Below, one piece after another: positions 39,288 to 44,261 of a stretch of DNA of 44,261 bases. Both the position numbers and the translations under genes were made by a program. The stretch comes from an uncultured Clostridia bacterium (GTDB lineage: Bacteria > Bacillota > Clostridia > Christensenellales > UBA1242). Position 1 is the first letter of the stretch; each line of letters opens with the position of its first letter. Location: NCBI GenBank assembly GCA_905235485.1, contig CAJOLY010000001.1, positions 1 through 44,261 of the forward strand. Reading direction: 5' to 3'. The notes under the pieces are model-generated. The model was not told the DNA's origin. It saw only the letters and a program-made list of their open reading frames with translations, and ran no database searches.

Positions 39288-39436
39288 TTTATTACAATTA
39301 AATAATAGTATAAGTCTAGGCAAAGTGACCTAGCACGCAATGTCTTACTTTAAGAGATAAACAAAAAAGGTTGCGACATCGCAACCATAATTAAAAAATA
39401 ATAAAAAATTTAAAAAGGAAAATAAGGAGAAAAAAG

Positions 39437-39820
39437 ATGGAAAATAAGGATAAAGTAGAAGTAAAAGAAGTTAAAGAAAATAAAGAAGCTGTAGTAAAAA
39501 AAGAAATTGTTATAAGTGAAAGAGAAAAAGAACTTGGAAGTCATATAACAAAAGTTAGATTTTTGGGTGCTCAAGTTGTACCGAACACATTTAATAGATA
39601 TTATCGAGTATTTGTTATTCAACTCACACAATATAGAGATACACATAATAGTGGATTTTCAATGCTTGAACATCAAATTCCAAAGGATGCAGTGCCAGAT
39701 GTATTTATTCCATTTGGAAGTGAAGTTGACGCAGTATATTTGAATGTGCCAGAGGGTCAAAAACCGGTATTTTTAAGATTTGAGGGGTTAGAAAAGTTCA
39801 GAAAATTGGAAGATAAATAA
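39437..39820 (+). CDS. Putative single-stranded DNA-binding protein (OB-fold, pV-like)
   Basis: Size, beta-strand pattern, ..PFGSEVDAVY.. and position upstream of ATPase/Rep; assignment is inference. Confidence 0.5.
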   Translation: MENKDKVEVKEVKENKEAVVKKEIVISEREKELGSHITKVRFLGAQVVPNTFNRYYRVFVIQLTQYRDTHNSGFSMLEHQIPKDAVPDVFIPFGSEVDAVYLNVPEGQKPVFLRFEGLEKFRKLEDK

Positions 39821-39902
39821 TATAATCAATTTGCTGAATAGTAACAAAAGGGTTGTTGGCTATTTAGCTGACTTCCTTTTTTGATACGTATAGGAGAGAA
39901 AA

Positions 39903-40760
39903 ATGGCAACATCACATATATTTTTTGGAGAACAGAGAAGTGGAAAGACATTATATTTAGCATATCTTGCAAATATACAAGCATATGATCCTGTTAAACT
40001 TTCGGCTTGCTATAATAAAATAGATATGCTTAATTCAATGGGATACAACTTGTCAAAACCAAAACATATAACATTTACTGATTTTGATTTAGAAATACAT
40101 TCATATAGAAAAGCTGTTGAAATGAATTATTGGATAGATGGATTTTATTTAGGATTGCCGCATTATGTTGTAAAGAATAAAAAACTTACATATAGAACAA
40201 TGTTTTTGCCTCCAAATATAAACATTTATTTAGATGAAGGCAACAAATATTTTGATAGTAGAAATCGAGATATTATGCCAGATTATCGTAAAAGATGGAA
40301 TGAACTTCTGGGCCAGTGGGGAACAGAACTGTATATGGTATGTCATAGACCAATGCTTGTAGACTCTTGCATAAGAGATTTATCGGACTTCAGAGAGTTT
40401 TTAAAAACTGACTTAGATTATGACTATTTTGGCAATATTAGCAAAGCAATAATTCATACAAGGTATTATCCTACAAGTAAAGATGCAATGGCTTATATAG
40501 ACAATGGAATAATCACTGAAAATGTAACTGAGGAAGATATAGTTATTGATTGTACAAGGCCATTTCTTAATGTTCCCAAGTATTATGATACACATTTTTA
40601 TGATAAAGCCTTTTTGCGTTTTGCAGAAGATCGAGATTTTGATCTTATACAAAAAAAGCACATTTGTAACTCAGTTGAAGATGTACAAGCATTTAATAAA
40701 AGATTTCATTATACAGTACCTCAAGGGTTATACGAAAAAGGAGTTGAAGATGACAGATAA
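39903..40760 (+). CDS. Zot/pI-like (FtsK-HerA clade) ATPase without TM segment
   Basis: Walker A GEQRSGKT at the extreme N-terminus, Walker B IYLDEG, MVCHRP, VDSCIR. Confidence 0.8.
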   Translation: MATSHIFFGEQRSGKTLYLAYLANIQAYDPVKLSACYNKIDMLNSMGYNLSKPKHITFTDFDLEIHSYRKAVEMNYWIDGFYLGLPHYVVKNKKLTYRTMFLPPNINIYLDEGNKYFDSRNRDIMPDYRKRWNELLGQWGTELYMVCHRPMLVDSCIRDLSDFREFLKTDLDYDYFGNISKAIIHTRYYPTSKDAMAYIDNGIITENVTEEDIVIDCTRPFLNVPKYYDTHFYDKAFLRFAEDRDFDLIQKKHICNSVEDVQAFNKRFHYTVPQGLYEKGVEDDR

Positions 40761-41214
40761 AACAGATAATAAAGAGTTAGTAGCAGTAGGTGATTTATTA
40801 CCAGCAATTGCTAATCAATCAAAACAAATAGAACAAATAAAAGAGATACTAAACAATTTGCAAAAAGATAATAAAAATACATATATGGAATCAATGGATA
40901 TAATGCCACTAGATTTTCGAAAGTTGGATGGTTTTTTTGCATTACAACAAGCATATTATAACATTTTTGCAAAGAATCAAGCATCTCTTGAACTTGTTCC
41001 GTTTGAGATAATACAAAAAGCTGATAACTGGGCCACAAAAATGTTTAAGAAAGATTTGGATAAACAAATAAACAAAGGATATAAGAAACTTATAAAAAAG
41101 GAAAAAAAGGAGAAACGTCAAATGAAATTCAAAGAATTTATAAAAAAGCTATTTAAACCATTTAAGAGAAAAGCAAAAAAAGACACAAACTTACAACCGA
41201 GGCAGGCAGATTAA
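40750..41214 (+). CDS. Hypothetical coiled-coil protein with Lys-rich C-terminus (154 aa)
   Basis: AAGGAG RBS before ATG 40750, overlapping the ATPase stop. Confidence 0.7.
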   Translation: MTDKTDNKELVAVGDLLPAIANQSKQIEQIKEILNNLQKDNKNTYMESMDIMPLDFRKLDGFFALQQAYYNIFAKNQASLELVPFEIIQKADNWATKMFKKDLDKQINKGYKKLIKKEKKEKRQMKFKEFIKKLFKPFKRKAKKDTNLQPRQAD

Positions 41215-41446
41215 GCGAAGGCGCTGCCTGCCGTGATGAGATAATAAATAAACTTATACTACCACAAAAGCTAAAAAGAGACGTGCAGTAGGTCATCAAT
41301 AAGGCGCACAAAATTTGTACTATCTCTAATGTCCATTTTAAAAAAAACTTGTACTATCTCAATGTATATTTTGTGTAGTATGTAACTTTAAAATAGATAC
41401 AAAAGAAAGGGCCTTGAAAAGGCAATTTCTTCTGTATCTATACTAA
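41201..41446. other. Candidate rolling-circle origin region
   Basis: GC hairpin 41201-41232, direct repeat TTGTACTATCTC (41315, 41349), long hairpin 41394-41440 directly upstream of rep. Confidence 0.55.
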
Positions 41447-41491
41447 CGGAATATTTGACAGTAAAAAAATTTTAAAAAAAGGAGAAATAAA

Positions 41492-42532
41492 ATGTCTTGG
41501 ATCGGTATAAAACAACGTAATCCACAAAGAAAATTTGTAGCTATGAAGTTAAGAACAGCTATGGATGATTTATTGAACCAAGATATTAAAGGTTTAGATA
41601 GAATTGATAAAATTTATCACAAAGTTGATGGTTGTATGAGTTATGTTAATATGCAGAAATGTATCCAGTGTGGTATGTTACATTTTAATAAATCAAATTA
41701 TTGTGAAAGTAAACTTTGTCCTATATGTGCTTATTTAAGAGCTAGAAAATATTTATCAGTTCTAGTACCAAGATTTAGAAATATGCTTGAAAGAGGATAT
41801 AAAATAAACTTTTTAACTTTGACAATAAAAGATACAGCAGTTTTGAAATATGGATTGGACATTGTTAAAAAAGCCTGGAGATACATGACAAATAGAGATC
41901 CATTTTCAAAATATATTTTCAAAAATATGTTTATTGGTGGAATCTATGCTATAGAAATTAAAAAAGGAAAGAATTCAAAACTCTGGCATCCACATGTTCA
42001 TTTGTTAGTAGTCAAAGACCATTTTTCAAAAGATTTTGATGTTATCAAAGGATTATGGGAAATGGCATGTCAAAAAGTTGCAAACACAACAGAAAAGATA
42101 TCATCAGTAGATATTCGAGGTGTTCATGACAAAAATGGCAAATTAACAAAGAATATAAACAGTGAAGATACAATAACAAGTGCAGTAGTTGAATGTGTTA
42201 AGTATGTAACAAAATTTTCATTTGATGATTATTCATCAATGGATTTGCTTGAATTATGTAATTGCTTATATAACAATAGATTATTTTCAACATTTGGATG
42301 TATGAGAAACAGTGAAGATGAAGATCTTGATGAAGATTACAAAGACGTAGTAGAGGAATTAGTTTGTACAAAATGTGGCAGTAGAGATTTTGAAGATGAA
42401 GTTACATCAATAGATAAAGCAATGAATATGAACGTAGTCGATTTTGGAAAAAGACATTATGTTTCAAAGAAAGAACAAATTGCAGGATTAACAGCAATTA
42501 TGGAAGTAATGCTTAGGAGAGAATATGAATAA
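41492..42532 (+). CDS. rep: HUH rolling-circle replication initiator (Rep_1/pC194-like)
   Basis: Motif I FLTLT, motif II WHPHVHLLV, motif III ECVKYVTK, N-terminal Cys cluster ..CESKLCPIC. Confidence 0.93.
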   Translation: MSWIGIKQRNPQRKFVAMKLRTAMDDLLNQDIKGLDRIDKIYHKVDGCMSYVNMQKCIQCGMLHFNKSNYCESKLCPICAYLRARKYLSVLVPRFRNMLERGYKINFLTLTIKDTAVLKYGLDIVKKAWRYMTNRDPFSKYIFKNMFIGGIYAIEIKKGKNSKLWHPHVHLLVVKDHFSKDFDVIKGLWEMACQKVANTTEKISSVDIRGVHDKNGKLTKNINSEDTITSAVVECVKYVTKFSFDDYSSMDLLELCNCLYNNRLFSTFGCMRNSEDEDLDEDYKDVVEELVCTKCGSRDFEDEVTSIDKAMNMNVVDFGKRHYVSKKEQIAGLTAIMEVMLRREYE

Positions 42533-43208
42533 CGAGAGTAAAAGTAAATTAAGATACATATTTGAAGATAATAAAATAACATATTTAGTTGAAAAGACAA
42601 ATTTATCATTTGAACAGCACGAAAAATATTTTTTAGATTTCTATTATGATTTATGGAAACTGAAAAAACAGTGTGAAACTCTTACAATTGACAATGATAA
42701 CGCAATATTTGAATATTTAGCAGAAAATGATAAGGGTGAAGTAGTTGAAAGAAAAAAGAAATTTTCATTTAATACAATGATAAAGCATTTATTCAATGTA
42801 GACAAAACTCAACTTTCAAGGGGATTTAATGTTCTTAAAAGATTTAGTGATTTTTCTGAAAGTGATATTCAAAAGCAAACTGTAACAATAAAGCCAGAAT
42901 ATGAAAACTTTAGTTATTCAAAACTTATGGAACTTCTTCCCTATAAAGAAGAATATGTTGTGAAAATGATAGATGATGGAAAAATACTGGCGGAGCAGTC
43001 AGTTAGAGATCTGAGAAAAGTATTACAAGATAAGCCTGAGACAATTCCATATATTCCTGAACCTTTTGAACTTGACAGAAACAAAGAATATCAAATGCAA
43101 GATTTTAGGAATTATGGCCGTAATGACCTGATATCAATATCTTATCAATGTTATCAAAGTTATTTAAGATTAAAAAAACAATTATTATTAAATAAAGTTA
43201 ATAAATAA
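42525..43208 (+). CDS. Hypothetical protein (possible DNA-binding)
   Basis: AGGAG RBS; coupled to rep; FSYSKLMELL...SVRDLRK helical motif. Confidence 0.7.
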   Translation: MNNESKSKLRYIFEDNKITYLVEKTNLSFEQHEKYFLDFYYDLWKLKKQCETLTIDNDNAIFEYLAENDKGEVVERKKKFSFNTMIKHLFNVDKTQLSRGFNVLKRFSDFSESDIQKQTVTIKPEYENFSYSKLMELLPYKEEYVVKMIDDGKILAEQSVRDLRKVLQDKPETIPYIPEPFELDRNKEYQMQDFRNYGRNDLISISYQCYQSYLRLKKQLLLNKVNK

Positions 43209-43225
43209 TAAAGTTATATATTTGC

Positions 43226-43257
43226 AAAAAAAATAGCGAGTAAATCGCTATTTTTTT
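43226..43257. terminator. Bidirectional intrinsic terminator
   Basis: A8-TAGCGA-gtaaa-TCGCTA-T7. Confidence 0.8.
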
Positions 43258-43273
43258 ATATGAGTTAATTTTG

Positions 43274-43306
43274 AGCAGAATTTGAGTATCAAAATAAGTA
43301 CACAAA
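43274..43306. repeat. Candidate integrase arm-type sites (right)
   Basis: AGCAGAATTT, AGTATCAAAA, AGTACACAAA matching the left-end motifs. Confidence 0.6.
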
Positions 43307-43366
43307 AAGTCAAAATGAATGATTTTTGTCAGTAATTACTGACTTTTTTAAAATTTCCTTTTGGGC

Positions 43367-43422
43367 ATCCATCTCTACCCACCAAGTGTTGAAGTGAATT
43401 TTCACATCAGCACTTTTTTATT
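43367..43422 (+). repeat. attR, 56-bp direct repeat
   Basis: Identical to 26482-26537. Confidence 0.95.
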
Positions 43423-43493
43423 TGTTTACTAAATATTAAAAAAATGATGTCAGTAAAAGCTGACATTTTTTTGTTATATTTTTATATATTTAA

Positions 43494-43706
43494 CTAATAT
43501 TCTTTTCTGCCTGCTAAATAGTCAAGAGAGACATCAAAAAAATCAGCAAGCAAAATTGCATTTGATAATACCGGTTCACTTTTTCCTGTTTCCCAATCAC
43601 TAATAGATGCCTTACCTACTTTTACTAAATCAGCTAATTGTCTTTGATTTAAATTTTTTTCAAGCCTTAATTCTTTTAATTTTTCACCAAATATGTTTTT
43701 TCGCAT
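43494..43706 (-). CDS. XRE-family HTH regulator (70 aa)
   Basis: MRKNIFGEKLKELRLEK..LADFFDVSLDYLAG. Confidence 0.85.
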   Translation of the reverse strand: MRKNIFGEKLKELRLEKNLNQRQLADLVKVGKASISDWETGKSEPVLSNAILLADFFDVSLDYLAGRKEY

Positions 43707-43707
43707 A

Positions 43708-43920
43708 TCAATAATCCTTAAGTCCTGCAAGGTAATCAATGCTTACATCAAAAAATTTTGCTATGGCAACTAAGCTAGGTAAAGTAGGTTGATATATTCC
43801 CGTTTCCCAACCACTTATGATTGATTTTCCATAACCAATACTATCTGCCAATTGTTTTTGAGATAATCCATTTTCTAATCTTAATTCTTTTAATCTTTTT
43901 CCAAATATGTTTTTTGTCAT
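43708..43920 (-). CDS. XRE-family HTH regulator (70 aa), paralogue of the adjacent gene
   Basis: MTKNIFGKRLKELRLEN..IAKFFDVSIDYLAG. Confidence 0.85.
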   Translation of the reverse strand: MTKNIFGKRLKELRLENGLSQKQLADSIGYGKSIISGWETGIYQPTLPSLVAIAKFFDVSIDYLAGLKDY

Positions 43921-43930
43921 ACTTTTATTA

Positions 43931-43982
43931 TCCCATTATACTGGGAAAAATATTTGACAGTTCAGTAGACTGGGCGTATAAT
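43931..43982 (+). promoter_or_regulatory. SigA promoter with operator-like palindromes
   Basis: TTGACA(43954)-17-TATAAT(43977); TCCCAttatacTGGGA and related TTCAGTagACTGGG. Confidence 0.7.
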
Positions 43983-44002
43983 ATATAATAAGGAGCTAAT
44001 CT

Positions 44003-44261
44003 ATGTCCAAAAATATTGAATTAAAATATGAAGAAAAAGATGACTCAAATCCTGATTATGAATTGCCAGAATATTTTGAATATAATGAAAATATTATATA
44101 TTCAAAATTTATAGTTGACTATATATTTTGTGAATACACCTTTAAAAAAGAAGATTATTTGTTAAAGCAAAATTTAAAAATTCCATATTTTGCAATAGAT
44201 GAAATAATCGACAAAGGAAATCATATTGAGATAAAATTATATGATAATATATCTCAATATA
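44003..44261 (+). CDS. Hypothetical protein, truncated by the window end
   Basis: AAGGAG RBS; frame MSKNIELKYEEK... open to the end of the window. Confidence 0.65.
   Translation, partial: MSKNIELKYEEKDDSNPDYELPEYFEYNENIIYSKFIVDYIFCEYTFKKEDYLLKQNLKIPYFAIDEIIDKGNHIEIKLYDNISQY

Larger units (their letters stand above)
26482..43422. mobile_element. Integrated ~16.9 kb rolling-circle provirus-like element in tRNA-Tyr
   Basis: att direct repeats, integrase, repressor, HUH Rep, Zot-like ATPase, SSB-like protein, membrane-anchored proteins. Confidence 0.9.

Noticed and set aside
40546-40749. N-terminal extension of ORF 40546-41214 as the missing hydrophobic anchor
   Set aside because: It overlaps the ATPase out of frame, starts at TTG without an RBS, and a good RBS supports ATG 40750
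39903-40760. Zot as an enterotoxin/virulence factor
   Set aside because: Similarity is only to the ATPase domain; there is no C-terminal extracellular toxin region
26482-43422. Tailed (Caudoviricetes) prophage or PICI satellite
   Set aside because: No terminase, portal, HK97 capsid, tail, lysis or primase genes recognised; replication gene is an HUH Rep
26482-43422. Self-transmissible ICE
   Set aside because: No VirB4, VirB6, peptidoglycan hydrolase or membrane-bound coupling protein; a mobilizable IME cannot be fully excluded

Overview
Low-GC chromosomal window from a spore-forming Firmicute, probably Clostridia-like (pro-sigK is present). Bases 1-25.8 kb are housekeeping genes: ruvX/yqgF, DUF1292, sigK, pnp, polysaccharide deacetylase, SGNH lipoprotein, M16 peptidase, ftsK, rimO, pgsA, PPase, recA, class A PBP, miaB-mutS-mutL-miaA-cmk-plsC-gmk. 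A six-tRNA operon follows (Pro, Ile2, Asp, Phe, Thr, Tyr). A complete ~16.9 kb element is integrated in the 3' end of tRNA-Tyr, bounded by a 56-bp direct repeat (26482-26537 / 43367-43422). It encodes a tyrosine integrase (possibly needing a -1 frameshift), a cI-like repressor, a pC194-type HUH rolling-circle Rep, an SSB-like protein and a Zot/pI-like ATPase with no membrane anchor. It also encodes four membrane-anchored proteins, two of them large TM-coiled-coil-adhesin 'spikes'. I can see no capsid, terminase, tail, lysin, inovirus-type coat protein or T4SS gene. The best hypothesis, by inference only, is a temperate rolling-circle provirus with membrane-based, non-lytic particles (pleolipovirus/plasmavirus-like or a divergent inovirus relative); a mobilizable integrative element is the alternative. 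Two tandem XRE genes and a truncated ORF lie beyond attR.
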